Origin: a virus
Taxonomy: Duplodnaviria; Caudoviricetes
IMG/VR virus record: IMGVR_UViG_3300027865_000008
Location: 1 to 63,789 of that record
Direction: 5' to 3' (one strand)
DNA: 63,789 nucleotides
The notes beneath the pieces are model-generated. The model saw only the letters and a list, made by a program, of their open reading frames with translations. It was not told the origin of the DNA and did not search any database. This document shows, in pieces, positions 35,005-45,473 of this stretch. Both the position numbers and the translations under genes were made by a program. Each line of letters starts with the position of its first letter. The first letter of the stretch is position 1.

Positions 35005-35437
35005 GGTATCTATTCCTACTATTGTAATAGATACCAGGGAGCAGAAGCCTTACGTCTTTACATCTGGCCGGGTTGGGAGTGTTAAAAAAGCACTCCCGGC
35101 CGGGGATTATTCCCTCGAAGGGTTTGAAAGTCAAGTGGCTATTGAACGTAAGACACTGTCTGACTTGGTTTCTACAGTAGTGCATAGCCAGGAAAGGTTT
35201 AAGCGAGAATTAAAAAAATTATTAGAATATAAATACGCATTTATAGTGGCGGAATGTTCTATTGAAGATATTATCCTGCATCGATATAGGTCAAAAGTAA
35301 GCCCTAAAGCTCTTTTGGGAATTTTATCCGCTATTATGGTCGATTACATACCCATATATTTTGCTGGAAATAGGCAATGTGCCATAGTTTTAGTAGAAGC
35401 TTTATTATTACGTTGCTATAAAAGGATAGGAAAGTAG
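34967..35437 (+). CDS. ERCC4-domain nuclease (resolvase-like)
   Basis: IVIDTREQKP, L..GDYS, IERK...DL, RF.REL. Confidence 0.9.
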   Translation: MQKTSRQVNSSSKVSIPTIVIDTREQKPYVFTSGRVGSVKKALPAGDYSLEGFESQVAIERKTLSDLVSTVVHSQERFKRELKKLLEYKYAFIVAECSIEDIILHRYRSKVSPKALLGILSAIMVDYIPIYFAGNRQCAIVLVEALLLRCYKRIGK

Positions 35438-37876
35438 ATGCAAAGCAACACACAAAACAAGGTTACTCCAGAGGCAAAGAATAAAATTGAAACTATTATC
35501 GTTGAATCGATGATGGCAAGAGGGATGACGGAGGAGGAAGCATTCGCTTACTTGTCAAAAGTTAAAGAACCTCCTCTTCCACCAGAAGAAGAGAAAGAGG
35601 ACAACAATAAATTTACAGAAGAAGAATTGCTTGAGGAGCTTGATAGAAAATCAAAATATCTTTCTGGGAAAATAATAAAAGTATTCCATTCTTCTGATAA
35701 GTTCAGTGCAGGAATCATAGAATACAAAGACGATATGTTCGCTTCCAATAGTTGTTTTTATGGAGATACGGTTACTGGTAAATTTGCAGGAAAAGTAAGT
35801 GTATCTGTAGGCGAGCAAGTAAAATTTGAAGGTGAATGGAAACAAGTACCTAAATGGGGTAGGCAGTTTATTGTAACGGGAATCGTACATGAAACTGTAC
35901 TGGATGAAGCAGGTCTGTCGCATTATTTAAACACAAATCCAGCATTCAAAGGAATTGGTCCGACTAAAGCGGGAAAAATTGCCTTCTATTGTGGAAAAGA
36001 TTTCGATCGAATATTACGAGAAGAGCCGGAGAAATTAAAAAAGGTTGCTGGACTGTCTGATAATGACATAGCAATACTGATAATGGAATGGGATTCCAGG
36101 AAGGAATTTAATTCGTTATCAACATGGTTGGCCAGTTATGAACTGACACATAACCAGATAACTAAGTTAATCGAAAGATTCGGTCATAATTTGAAACCCA
36201 TTTTGCAGGATGACCCTTATATTCTTTGTCGGGAAGTAGACGGTTTCGGTTTCGTGAAAACCGATCAGATCGCGCTCAAAATGGGTATCAAAAAAACTCA
36301 TCCGATGAGAATACAGGCTGCGTTAGTCCATGTTGCAACTCTTCGTGCTGATAATGGTGGACATTGCTGGACTGAATCAAGGGAGCTTGTAAAACAAGCA
36401 TCGGAACTTTTGGCTATTGATAATCTTGATTCAGATATGTCGATTGAAACGGAATTAACGTGTTTAATTGGAACGACTGTCCTGGCGGGGCACTGTGTAA
36501 ATGACAACATTTTAGTAGCATTACGACTTATTTATGATAGAGAAATGGAGCTAATAGACATTTTTTTCAATTGTGAAAATAATTGTTCAATCCCGATCGA
36601 AGACACTGAATCAATTTTAGAAATTGTTGCTCCATCTCTTAACTTGAGTCAACGGAATGCCGTAGAAATGGTTTTTTCAAGTAAGTTTTGTGTCATTACT
36701 GGTTCTGCTGGGAGCGGGAAATCTTATACTGTCGGTGCCATTATTAAAGTTTTAGAAGAATACAATGTTTCGAATACTTCACCATATTCTTTTGCAATTG
36801 CTGCACCGACTGGAAAGGCTGCAAAACGTATAGAAGAACTGTCCGGGTATGAAGCGAAAACAATTCATCGTCTGCTCGGATATTCGAATAATGGTTGGTT
36901 TCACAATAGGAAACGTCCTCTGACTCATGACTTTATAATTCTCGATGAATTTTCAATGGTCGATGTAAATTTAGCTTGGCGTTTTTTTAGCGCTTTGAGT
37001 CCTTATACAAAGGTGATTTTAGTCGGAGATCACAACCAGTTGCCTCCTATAGGTCCCGGAAATATTCTAAGAGATTTGCTCGACAGGCAATTAATTCCTA
37101 CTACTATTCTGGAACAAGTTGTTCGACAAGCGGGAATTCTTAAGGAAAACTGTACTGCCATTTTGGGGGGTAAAGTAGCAAATACTGCTCCTGGAGTTGA
37201 TGGAACATTACGTCCGTGGTATGTATTCGATAGACTCGAAAAAGATTCAACTGTACTTTCCGCGCTTATCGATGCCATTGAGAATAAGTTGCCTGATCTG
37301 GGAGTAGATATAATTAAAAAGATGCAGGTTCTAACTCCTACCAAGAAAGGTAAACTGGGTGTCCTAAACCTGAATATCGAGTTACAGCGTATTATTCAAC
37401 GTGTTCACTTTGGAAATGAAATAGATATCGTTTCGGAAGGGAAAAAGCCTCCATTCTATAGTGGCGATAAAGTCATGCAGATGAGGAACAATTATAAATT
37501 AGAGATAATGAATGGCACCGTGGGTTTTGTTACGTCTACTTGGTGCGAAAATGACCAGAGAGGGAACAAGTGTAATTTTATCTCAATTGATTTTGGCAAA
37601 GAAGAAGAAACCAAAATTATGAAAGGTTCAAGAGAATACAATGATATTTCACTTGCTTACGCATGCACAATTCATAAGTATCAGGGTTCAGAAATCCAGT
37701 GTGCTTTAATTATTATTCACAATTCACATTATTTCATGCTTCACCGTAATTTACTGTACACAGCAGTAACCCGTGCTTCCAAGGTAGCAATACTTTTGGG
37801 GAATTGTAAGGGGATAAAATCAGCAGCTACAAGACAAATAGTTGATGATAGGAAAACCTTTTTATCGATAATTTAA
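35438..37876 (+). CDS. recD2: RecD2-like SF1B helicase
   Basis: KGIG...A, HHH region, GFGF...D, ITG.AGSGKS, APTGKAAKR, TIHRLL, DE.SMVD, GD..QLP, AYA.TIHK.QGSE, LLYTAVTRA. Confidence 0.93.
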   Translation: MQSNTQNKVTPEAKNKIETIIVESMMARGMTEEEAFAYLSKVKEPPLPPEEEKEDNNKFTEEELLEELDRKSKYLSGKIIKVFHSSDKFSAGIIEYKDDMFASNSCFYGDTVTGKFAGKVSVSVGEQVKFEGEWKQVPKWGRQFIVTGIVHETVLDEAGLSHYLNTNPAFKGIGPTKAGKIAFYCGKDFDRILREEPEKLKKVAGLSDNDIAILIMEWDSRKEFNSLSTWLASYELTHNQITKLIERFGHNLKPILQDDPYILCREVDGFGFVKTDQIALKMGIKKTHPMRIQAALVHVATLRADNGGHCWTESRELVKQASELLAIDNLDSDMSIETELTCLIGTTVLAGHCVNDNILVALRLIYDREMELIDIFFNCENNCSIPIEDTESILEIVAPSLNLSQRNAVEMVFSSKFCVITGSAGSGKSYTVGAIIKVLEEYNVSNTSPYSFAIAAPTGKAAKRIEELSGYEAKTIHRLLGYSNNGWFHNRKRPLTHDFIILDEFSMVDVNLAWRFFSALSPYTKVILVGDHNQLPPIGPGNILRDLLDRQLIPTTILEQVVRQAGILKENCTAILGGKVANTAPGVDGTLRPWYVFDRLEKDSTVLSALIDAIENKLPDLGVDIIKKMQVLTPTKKGKLGVLNLNIELQRIIQRVHFGNEIDIVSEGKKPPFYSGDKVMQMRNNYKLEIMNGTVGFVTSTWCENDQRGNKCNFISIDFGKEEETKIMKGSREYNDISLAYACTIHKYQGSEIQCALIIIHNSHYFMLHRNLLYTAVTRASKVAILLGNCKGIKSAATRQIVDDRKTFLSII

Positions 37877-37883
37877 AAAAATG

Positions 37884-37923
37884 CTTGCACGTACTTGCAA
37901 GGCGTTGGCGTTTGAGCTATACT
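37884..37923 (+). promoter_or_regulatory. Putative promoter of primase-helicase
   Basis: TTGCAA-N17-TATACT preceded by CTTGCACGTA. Confidence 0.55.
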
Positions 37924-37958
37924 TTATTCTAAAGCAAGGTAATTAGGGGTGGTAGAAC

Positions 37959-40900
37959 ATGAAGACGTTCGATGTACGGGCTTATTATGATCAATTGATT
38001 TCTTCGGATATTGGAAATGTAGCTCGCGATATATTAGGTAGTTCAATTATTGACGAACAGAAATCAACTCTGTTTATTGATTGTCCCCACCATTCTTCCA
38101 CTTCTCACCGTTCCTTCCATATTTGGCTAGATAAACAAGGCTGGTACTGCCATGGATGCGGTACCGGCGGTGATGTTTTACAACTAGTTGAATTTGTTCA
38201 ATCAGGGATTGTTACCCGTGGACATTCGGGAGTAATGCCTGATTCTCACAAGGTAGCGCGCGATTGGCTGGCGGAAAAGAATGGCCTGCCTCTCCTAGGT
38301 CAAGTAGGTCTTTCACCGGAAGAAATCAAAAAATTAGAACAAACACGCGCCCAAACCATGCGAGCATGGGAATGTCTCACCGAAACTACAAAATTTTATA
38401 ATATAAAATTACTTAAAAATACAAAAGTTCTCACTTGGATATTTGAACAATATTCCTTTGATGAAAAAATCATAAAAGATTTTCTGATCGGGTATGCTGA
38501 TAATTCCGGGTTAATAGAACACCTTACGAATCGAGGGTTTACGCTTAGAGAAATAACCTCTTCCGGTGTATTTCGTCCCGATAACAATAATGAGGAACTT
38601 GTACATCCCACCTTTATAGGAAGAGTCATCTTTCCATATATGTCAAAAGGGCGTGTTATTTTCATGATAGCCCGTAAGACACCATGGACACCTGACAATA
38701 AATATGAAGCAGGTAAGTACAAAAAATTACCGATATACGATTTCAAAAAAAGGCCATGGATTAATAAGGAGATTGATAACAGTACACTATTCAATGAGGA
38801 TATTCTAACCAATAAACCTGAATATGTAATTATTACTGAGGGGATTACAGATTGTATAAGTCTTATACACCGTGGTTTTCCTGTAATAAGTCCAGTTACT
38901 GTTAATATCCGACACGATGATTGGAGTAGAATTATTCCAAAATTACAGGGGGTTAAGAAAGTAATCCTTTGTCAGGATAATGAGATTTCGGAGGCAGGTT
39001 GGCAAGGTGCCCTTCGGTCTGCAAACAGATTGTTAAAAGAAAATATAACATGTCGAGTTGCCCAGCTGCCACTTTTTGAGGAACAAACTGAATCCCGCTG
39101 CGCCTTAAAAAAATTCGGTATTTTTGCGGGCATTGAACCGAAAATCCTTAAACAAATTAGAAACGAAAAAACGGAAAATGAACAAATAGAGATAGCAGGT
39201 TTAATCGAAAAATCGAAAATTGATATTTGCTCGTTTTTTGTTTCAGGAAAGACGGAAGAAGATTTTCAAAAAATAATCGATTCGGCATTGTTGCCAGTAG
39301 AATTTGCTATAAAATCTCTCCCCGATGATTTTAGTACCAGTGATAATCTTGGAACGTTACACAGTATCTTAATCGAAATCGGACGGCAACCTAAACCTGA
39401 ACAAGATAAGCTCCTAAAAGTCTTACAGGAGAAAGTCAAAGAGAAAATCGGTTCATTGCGCGGAGAGATGAAAGAAGCCGTTCGCAATGCCAGTGTTGAA
39501 TCCAGGGAAAAAACTAAACAAAAAATTGAGCGGAAATTTGGCGCACCCATTTTCAAAAAGGGGAATCGGAGTTTTTTTCTTGTTAATAATACTATCGTGG
39601 AGCAATTCGTGCGTGAAACACCACAAGGACCTATTGTAACCTCTCAGGAAATTTCAAATTTTCATATCAAAATAGTCAAAGAAGAGATAAGTGATGATGG
39701 GGAGGTAAAAACTGACGGTTCAACTATTTCAGGGAAATTGTTTATAGGAAAAGTAATCGCTGAAAACTGGGAAAGAGATTTCCGTATTGATTCTGACTTT
39801 TGGGGGAATAACAACAGACTGTCTGCAGCGATATCAGCGCAGGCCGGTATACAGGCAATGTTTTCAACTAGGGATATCGATATGATACGGATAGTCTCAG
39901 CCGCAGTTTGTGGAATCCCAGAAAGATTGACTATATTTTCAATATTCGGTGTTCATCCACAAATAGGGTTTGTGACACCTACGCTTACTATTTCTAAAGG
40001 AAAAATCATTCCGACCGATGAGACACAAGCAGCTGTTAAGGTAAGTCCTGCATACCAAAAGGCTCAACGGCTTGATCTAGAATCTTCGACTATCGAAGAA
40101 ACGAAAGACGTTATTGAACATTTATTGACTGATCACCTTGATTTACAGCCACATAAAGTAACAATGCCGTTGCTTTCACATGCATTTTTAGGACCGCTTT
40201 TATTTGGAATGGATTTGGTAGGTGAATTTTCTCCATATGTTCTTTTCCTGGTGGGTTCTTCTGGCAAGGGAAAAACTGAAACGGCAAAATTAGCTCAATC
40301 GATATGGGGCAACTTCCAATTAAAAGAACATTTGGCCTCATGGGGCTCAACTCCAGAAATAAATCGTCAGGAGGCTGCCAGATGTCGTGGTGCACTTTGG
40401 ATTATTGATGATTTCAAACGAGCAAAGATAGGAAATTCTCAATGGAATAATGCTATCCGGGTTTTGTTAGATTATGCCGATTTACAGGCTCGTAAGCGGG
40501 CGACTCCTGGTTCAAAGGTCATCTCCGGGTATGCAATGAAATGTATGCTTTTGATCACTGGTGAAGATATTCCAACTTCTGAAACAGCATTGTTAGCTCG
40601 TTCTCTGATGGTGGAATTTCATGGCAGGAAAGATGTTGATAGATTCAGAAAATGCCTTCATCGGCAGAATGATTATCGTAAAATTCCGGCTCATTACATT
40701 GCTTGGTTACAAAAACAAGATAGTAAAGACTGGCGTAAACGTATCAGAGGTTTCTTCGATGGGTTTAACAGCTTCATCGATGAAAAGAATTTGGATATTG
40801 ATAATTCTAGGAGGCTAGCCTCTAATGCTGCTTTGTCTGCTTCTGGATTTTGTGCTTTCTTGGATTTTTCTGAAAGTATTGGGGCAATAGATAGGGATAC

Positions 40901-41372
40901 TGTTGACAAATTATTTTTAGAATATTGGGGGATTCTTACTGATATCCTGGAAAATATGCTTGTAGAGGTAGAGGAAGTAAAGCCTGTCCGTATTTTTATA
41001 TCAGCACTTACAGAGCTTATAAGAACAAAAAAGGTGGCAATACTATCATCTGAAAAAGATACTACATATGATACGAGGGTTCCAATAATAGGCTACAGGA
41101 AAGATTTCGGGGACACTCTCTGTTTGTTTCCGAAAACAACAATGGGGTTGGTCAGGGAGCATTTTAGGCGGGGTGAGGATGAAAGTCTTAACTTTTCGAC
41201 AACGGCTATTGGTAAACAGTTGGCTGTTGATGGGTATTTGATAAAACCACCCAATGAAAATAGGCTGACGTTTGTTGAGCGCGTTCCTGGCGGTGGTGCG
41301 GGGCGGTCGCCGGAGCGGGTATGGCGGCTAGATATGACTAAAATTGAAGGCTTGGCAGGGTGGATAGAATGA
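37959..41372 (+). CDS. Primase-helicase fusion (CHC2 Zn finger + DnaG TOPRIM + P-loop helicase)
   Basis: CPHH...WYCHGCG.GGD; R.IFP; ITEG..D; QDN; GSSGKGKT; IIDDF. Confidence 0.88.
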   Translation: MKTFDVRAYYDQLISSDIGNVARDILGSSIIDEQKSTLFIDCPHHSSTSHRSFHIWLDKQGWYCHGCGTGGDVLQLVEFVQSGIVTRGHSGVMPDSHKVARDWLAEKNGLPLLGQVGLSPEEIKKLEQTRAQTMRAWECLTETTKFYNIKLLKNTKVLTWIFEQYSFDEKIIKDFLIGYADNSGLIEHLTNRGFTLREITSSGVFRPDNNNEELVHPTFIGRVIFPYMSKGRVIFMIARKTPWTPDNKYEAGKYKKLPIYDFKKRPWINKEIDNSTLFNEDILTNKPEYVIITEGITDCISLIHRGFPVISPVTVNIRHDDWSRIIPKLQGVKKVILCQDNEISEAGWQGALRSANRLLKENITCRVAQLPLFEEQTESRCALKKFGIFAGIEPKILKQIRNEKTENEQIEIAGLIEKSKIDICSFFVSGKTEEDFQKIIDSALLPVEFAIKSLPDDFSTSDNLGTLHSILIEIGRQPKPEQDKLLKVLQEKVKEKIGSLRGEMKEAVRNASVESREKTKQKIERKFGAPIFKKGNRSFFLVNNTIVEQFVRETPQGPIVTSQEISNFHIKIVKEEISDDGEVKTDGSTISGKLFIGKVIAENWERDFRIDSDFWGNNNRLSAAISAQAGIQAMFSTRDIDMIRIVSAAVCGIPERLTIFSIFGVHPQIGFVTPTLTISKGKIIPTDETQAAVKVSPAYQKAQRLDLESSTIEETKDVIEHLLTDHLDLQPHKVTMPLLSHAFLGPLLFGMDLVGEFSPYVLFLVGSSGKGKTETAKLAQSIWGNFQLKEHLASWGSTPEINRQEAARCRGALWIIDDFKRAKIGNSQWNNAIRVLLDYADLQARKRATPGSKVISGYAMKCMLLITGEDIPTSETALLARSLMVEFHGRKDVDRFRKCLHRQNDYRKIPAHYIAWLQKQDSKDWRKRIRGFFDGFNSFIDEKNLDIDNSRRLASNAALSASGFCAFLDFSESIGAIDRDTVDKLFLEYWGILTDILENMLVEVEEVKPVRIFISALTELIRTKKVAILSSEKDTTYDTRVPIIGYRKDFGDTLCLFPKTTMGLVREHFRRGEDESLNFSTTAIGKQLAVDGYLIKPPNENRLTFVERVPGGGAGRSPERVWRLDMTKIEGLAGWIE

Positions 41373-41795
41373 CTGTTACCATTTTTATATTAGCATATCT
41401 CTTTGATTTTAAAGCCGTTGCCGGAAAATGTTACCACCGTTACCTTTTTAAAAGTGAGTGGTTACACTTTTTTTGCCGTTATTTATTTGAGAATAAAGGC
41501 TTTTCTCCGAAATGTTACCATGTAACCAGAAAATTGAAATCATATATATACATATATATACGTACAGAAAAAAAATATATACATTTATATAATATATTTT
41601 CTCACGCGCATATAGGTATACAGTTTGTGGTTACATGGTTACATGGTAACAGGCAGGGAGAAAAGCCTTATATTACATATAAATATATATATAAATGGTG
41701 TTACCATTAGAAAAAAAATGGTAACAGGTAGATGTCATATATAGATATTAATTAATAAAAACAAGGGAATAAGGGGGAAAATAAAATGGTAACAG
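41372..41795. other. Putative replication origin: GTTAC(C)/GTAAC iterons flanking an AT-rich core
   Basis: About 12 copies of (T/G)GTTAC(C)A or its complement in both orientations around (AT)n tracts at 41540-41600, directly after the primase gene. Confidence 0.7.
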
Positions 41796-41813
41796 CAAAA
41801 GGGGTTCAAGGGA

Positions 41814-42485
41814 ATGAGTGAAATTATGTATGTTTCTTCTAATTTGGATATAGTTAAAGTTGAGAAAACTAAGACTGATGTATATATAAATCAGTTGTTT
41901 ATTGATGGAAGAACTTATCTGATTCTTACCCCAGGTTTCTATTCTTGGGCAAGAAAAAATGTAGAAACAGCAAATGTGCATTTTAAAAGCGGAAAGTTAT
42001 CAAAAGAAGCCTGGGAATCGCTCAGAAAGAAATTTATTGTTGTTCATGAGTATACTCTTTCAGTGTTTACTAATTCAGGTATAAACAAGGCATTAAAAGG
42101 AAAACACAAGCCTTTTGTACATTCTGGTGCTCCTATTTTGATAAAGTCTTCCGATCGTGAAAATTTGGACTGTTGGTTATCTGATTCTGTTGTAAATTCT
42201 CTTTGTGTAGGAGCGTTGCCGAGAAAAGTAGCAGGATTAGAAAATTTAGAATATGTACTCATCTATTCAGAACTTTTAAAGGAAAAAATAGTTCTATTAT
42301 TCGTACCCAAATCTTTCAATAAAATTTATTCCATGTTCCCGAATACAGCAATTTATTTCCCATCTGAAATACAAGTTATTAGTAAATTAACAGGTAAAGA
42401 AATTCTTCGTGCGCACAAAATAAAAAAGGAATTTAATGGCTTTATTACTAACAAAAAAAAAGTAAAGGGGGTGAGGAACAGATGA
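41814..42485 (+). CDS. Hypothetical protein
   Basis: Intact 223-aa ORF after the origin. Confidence 0.6.
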   Translation: MSEIMYVSSNLDIVKVEKTKTDVYINQLFIDGRTYLILTPGFYSWARKNVETANVHFKSGKLSKEAWESLRKKFIVVHEYTLSVFTNSGINKALKGKHKPFVHSGAPILIKSSDRENLDCWLSDSVVNSLCVGALPRKVAGLENLEYVLIYSELLKEKIVLLFVPKSFNKIYSMFPNTAIYFPSEIQVISKLTGKEILRAHKIKKEFNGFITNKKKVKGVRNR

Positions 42486-42712
42486 TGAGTCTTGAGAATT
42501 TTATTAAATCTGGTGTCGATCCAAAAGAAATTGATCCTGGTGATATTAAAAACAGGTACGAGAGAATTGTACTTCTAATTTATCAGGATCTACTCGAAAT
42601 TACGGGTAAGCCGGTGTCCTTTTGTAGCAAGCGTGAAGAACTCGAAACCTTGAAAAGATGGCAAAGTACCATAGAAGATGAGGTTATAGAAGAATTCGGT
42701 GAAGTTTCGTAG
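42482..42712 (+). CDS. Hypothetical protein
   Basis: Coupled ORF; SD GAGG. Confidence 0.55.
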   Translation: MMSLENFIKSGVDPKEIDPGDIKNRYERIVLLIYQDLLEITGKPVSFCSKREELETLKRWQSTIEDEVIEEFGEVS

Positions 42713-42771
42713 CTTTATAGCTACAAGTTTGTAGTTTTTTTGATATATTAAGAGTATGGAGTAAATGACAA

Positions 42772-43074
42772 ATGAAAAAGATTGAATTAAAAATTGATTG
42801 GAAATTTGATGCCCTCGCTATAGTTCGGGGTGAATCAGTAAAAATTCAATTTGTAACTTCTGAAATACCTAAACCTAGTAAGGAAAACTCAAATAGTAAA
42901 CCAAAGCCTCCTACGATACAAGAGGCCATTATCAGAGTAACGGAAAACGGTCTCCCCCAAATATTTTCTGACGTGATAAAAGTTGTCCCTATGAGTTTTT
43001 ATGAACCATTGAAAAGCGAAATGGTTGTTGCCAGTGCTGATACTGGGAAAATATGCCTGGAGAAAAAAAAATAA
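42772..43074 (+). CDS. Hypothetical protein
   Basis: SD GGAG. Confidence 0.55.
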   Translation: MKKIELKIDWKFDALAIVRGESVKIQFVTSEIPKPSKENSNSKPKPPTIQEAIIRVTENGLPQIFSDVIKVVPMSFYEPLKSEMVVASADTGKICLEKKK

Positions 43075-43128
43075 TTAATAAATCTTAAGAAACCGTAAAC
43101 GCTTTTTAGAAAAAGGGAAAGGAAAAGA

Positions 43129-43800
43129 ATGAGTAACGAAATGTCAAAACCAATTGAAGAGATCGAAAAAAGTATTAAAGATGAAGGCACTCCCCCTCTT
43201 GAACTTGGTGAAATGTTCGAAGCGGCAAAGGTATCAATTGAAGAACAAAAACGTGTTTCAGATTTTAAAGATGCAAAAGAGCAATGTGAAGCTTTTCAAA
43301 AAAACTCTTCTGATGATGAAAAAACTATTTCACACGCAGAAGAGAAAGAAATAGGTAAAAGGATGACCGCTGCTGATGTCGAATTAATAGGAACCATTAG
43401 AGAACTCCGTGCCAATTTGGCTGCTGCAAAGCAGAATGAAGCTGCTATCAGAGAAAAACATCAGAAAGCTTTGGATGCTGCGGCTAATTTGGAGTCTCTT
43501 CTGGCTGCTAGCAACGAAAGAGAAAAAAAAGGTTTTGAGACTGTAAAGAAATTCGAATCCAATTTTGAAGAGGAACAAGTAAAATATGGCACTCTTTTTA
43601 AAGAGTTCGAGTTTTCTAAAGAAACGGCAACGGCTGTTGAGAGTGATCTTAGGCAACAAATTACCAATATAACGGTGAAAGAAAAAATGCTGGTAAGACT
43701 GTGTCAACAAACCGCACAAAAATTGGCTAATGCCAGAATGGCTTTGGGAGATTTCGTTTCTGAAATGACTGTTTCAAGTCCACAAACTCCCGGAGGTTAG
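43129..43800 (+). CDS. Coiled-coil protein
   Basis: E/K/A-rich heptads. Confidence 0.65.
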   Translation: MSNEMSKPIEEIEKSIKDEGTPPLELGEMFEAAKVSIEEQKRVSDFKDAKEQCEAFQKNSSDDEKTISHAEEKEIGKRMTAADVELIGTIRELRANLAAAKQNEAAIREKHQKALDAAANLESLLAASNEREKKGFETVKKFESNFEEEQVKYGTLFKEFEFSKETATAVESDLRQQITNITVKEKMLVRLCQQTAQKLANARMALGDFVSEMTVSSPQTPGG

Positions 43801-43815
43801 TATCAACTTTCTGAG

Positions 43816-44007
43816 GTGGTGATAAATATGTTTACATGTAAAAACATTTATTTAGCACAGGCAGAAGAAATTCAAAAACACCGTTGGATTGAAAGTAAAA
43901 AAGCGGGCTGTGATGTCGGAGAATTATGGGCAGCCCGTGACTGGATTAGAAAGTACGCAAAAACTTTTAGGGAAAATTGGAATAAAACAAGGGTTATAGG
44001 GAAATGA
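43816..44007 (+). CDS. DUF4032-like small protein
   Basis: EI.KHRWIES.KAG.DVG...A..DW...Y. Confidence 0.7.
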   Translation: MVINMFTCKNIYLAQAEEIQKHRWIESKKAGCDVGELWAARDWIRKYAKTFRENWNKTRVIGK

Positions 44008-44894
44008 ATTTATTTTTATTGCGGGACAATAAATTAGGTAAATTGCGATTGAGTAAAAGTCGTGGATACAGGTATGAGGATACAGATGTCCTTTCTGGTA
44101 CAGGTTGGTTTTATATCAATAAAAATTTGTACCCGGATATTACATTCGAAGGTGGTGCAGCAACATTTAAACTTGTCCAAGTGAAAAATGGAACGCAAGA
44201 ATATTCAGAAAAAAAATGTACTCAATGTAGTGATGGTGGCGGGAGCGAACAATTTGAAATCTGTAATTCGTGCCGAGATATACTGTTAGCGGAAGTGGGT
44301 AATTCACAGTGGAATACTGAAAATGCTGTAAATCTATTATACGATGCTAACCATCAACAGTGTCCCCGGCCATATGCTTTGAATAAAAACAGTGATTGTC
44401 ATGTGAGTGAATTTCATAAATCTTGCTGGGAAAATCGTATAAAAGGTGTTGGATTGAGATGCAATCGTAATGTCATTGCAAGAAGAAAACAAAACAAAAT
44501 AGATGTGCAGAAGAGAGAAGTCGACCTACCACGTTTTTATTACGAATTTGGATCTTTAGATATATTTTGTGATAGGAGAACAGGGAACAAATGGTCTGCT
44601 TTTTCTTGTGCTGATGTATGTGATGTATGTTTTGACGAAGCTTATAATCATTGTAAAAGTATCGGAAATGGTTGGGAACTGCCTTTTATAAATGAACTAG
44701 AAATATTGTACCAGCCAAGTCTAAATACGAATCTCAAAATAGATCCAATTTTTGATTTAGATAGTCGTTACGTATGGGCAGCAAACAAGGGTTCATTCGA
44801 TTTTTTTTCTGGTAATGGACTTTTTCTAAAAGGTCCAGACAAGGCCGTATTATTTGTTATAAAAAGAAGTAAGCGAAACAAACGAGGTGCGTAA
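44004..44894 (+). CDS. Cys-rich protein with C-terminal DUF1566-like domain
   Basis: D..TG.KW, A...C...G.GW.LP...EL..L, YVWA. Confidence 0.6.
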   Translation: MNLFLLRDNKLGKLRLSKSRGYRYEDTDVLSGTGWFYINKNLYPDITFEGGAATFKLVQVKNGTQEYSEKKCTQCSDGGGSEQFEICNSCRDILLAEVGNSQWNTENAVNLLYDANHQQCPRPYALNKNSDCHVSEFHKSCWENRIKGVGLRCNRNVIARRKQNKIDVQKREVDLPRFYYEFGSLDIFCDRRTGNKWSAFSCADVCDVCFDEAYNHCKSIGNGWELPFINELEILYQPSLNTNLKIDPIFDLDSRYVWAANKGSFDFFSGNGLFLKGPDKAVLFVIKRSKRNKRGA

Positions 44895-45155
44895 ATGAAG
44901 GCGAAAGTGATTAAATTTCCTACTCTGGGAGATAAATTTTTTGAAGCAGCTCTAAAAAAGAAGAATAAGGTCTGTCCTTATAGAGTTAGGGTCGTTCAGT
45001 GTCCCGAAGCTTTTCAGTTTGAATATCTAGGTAAAATTTCAAGATGCCAAACTGGCGACTTGTTAGTGCTCAACGAACATAACGGTATTTTGCCAAGATT
45101 TTTTATTTGTAAACCGGATGAATTACATGCCATTCGTCCTAAACCCTGGTTATAA
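44895..45155 (+). CDS. Hypothetical protein
   Basis: SD GAGGT. Confidence 0.55.
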   Translation: MKAKVIKFPTLGDKFFEAALKKKNKVCPYRVRVVQCPEAFQFEYLGKISRCQTGDLLVLNEHNGILPRFFICKPDELHAIRPKPWL

Positions 45156-45173
45156 AAACTATTTGGAGAAATT

Positions 45174-45419
45174 ATGGAAAAGATAAAACCAAGTTGTAAA
45201 GAATGCTTCTTTAAAGGTGACGAGTTAGGTGGATTTATCGGTTGTGCCTTTTTTTCGACAATTGGAGATATTTTCCCCTTTTGGGCTAAAGGAAAAATGG
45301 GAAACATGAATTTTAATGTGCACAACGGTCATGAAATAAAGGACTGTAACGCTTTTTGTGCGTCTGCAGAAGCTCTAAAAAAACAAAAGCAAATATTAAA
45401 AGATCAGTTTGCAGTGTAA
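45174..45419 (+). CDS. Small Cys4 protein
   Basis: CKECFF...GC...C.AF; SD GGAG. Confidence 0.55.
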   Translation: MEKIKPSCKECFFKGDELGGFIGCAFFSTIGDIFPFWAKGKMGNMNFNVHNGHEIKDCNAFCASAEALKKQKQILKDQFAV

Positions 45420-45473
45420 TCGCAATAAAACAATTACGGGGGCAATTACGGAGCCCTCACGGAGGTAATCTTA

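Noticed and set aside
41360-41710. 116-aa ORF after the primase
   Set aside because: Overlaps the iterons and AT tracts; its composition reflects the repeats.
31524-44894. Diversity-generating retroelement targeting DUF1566 or fibre genes
   Set aside because: No reverse transcriptase, and I saw no near-identical template/variable repeat pair differing at adenines.
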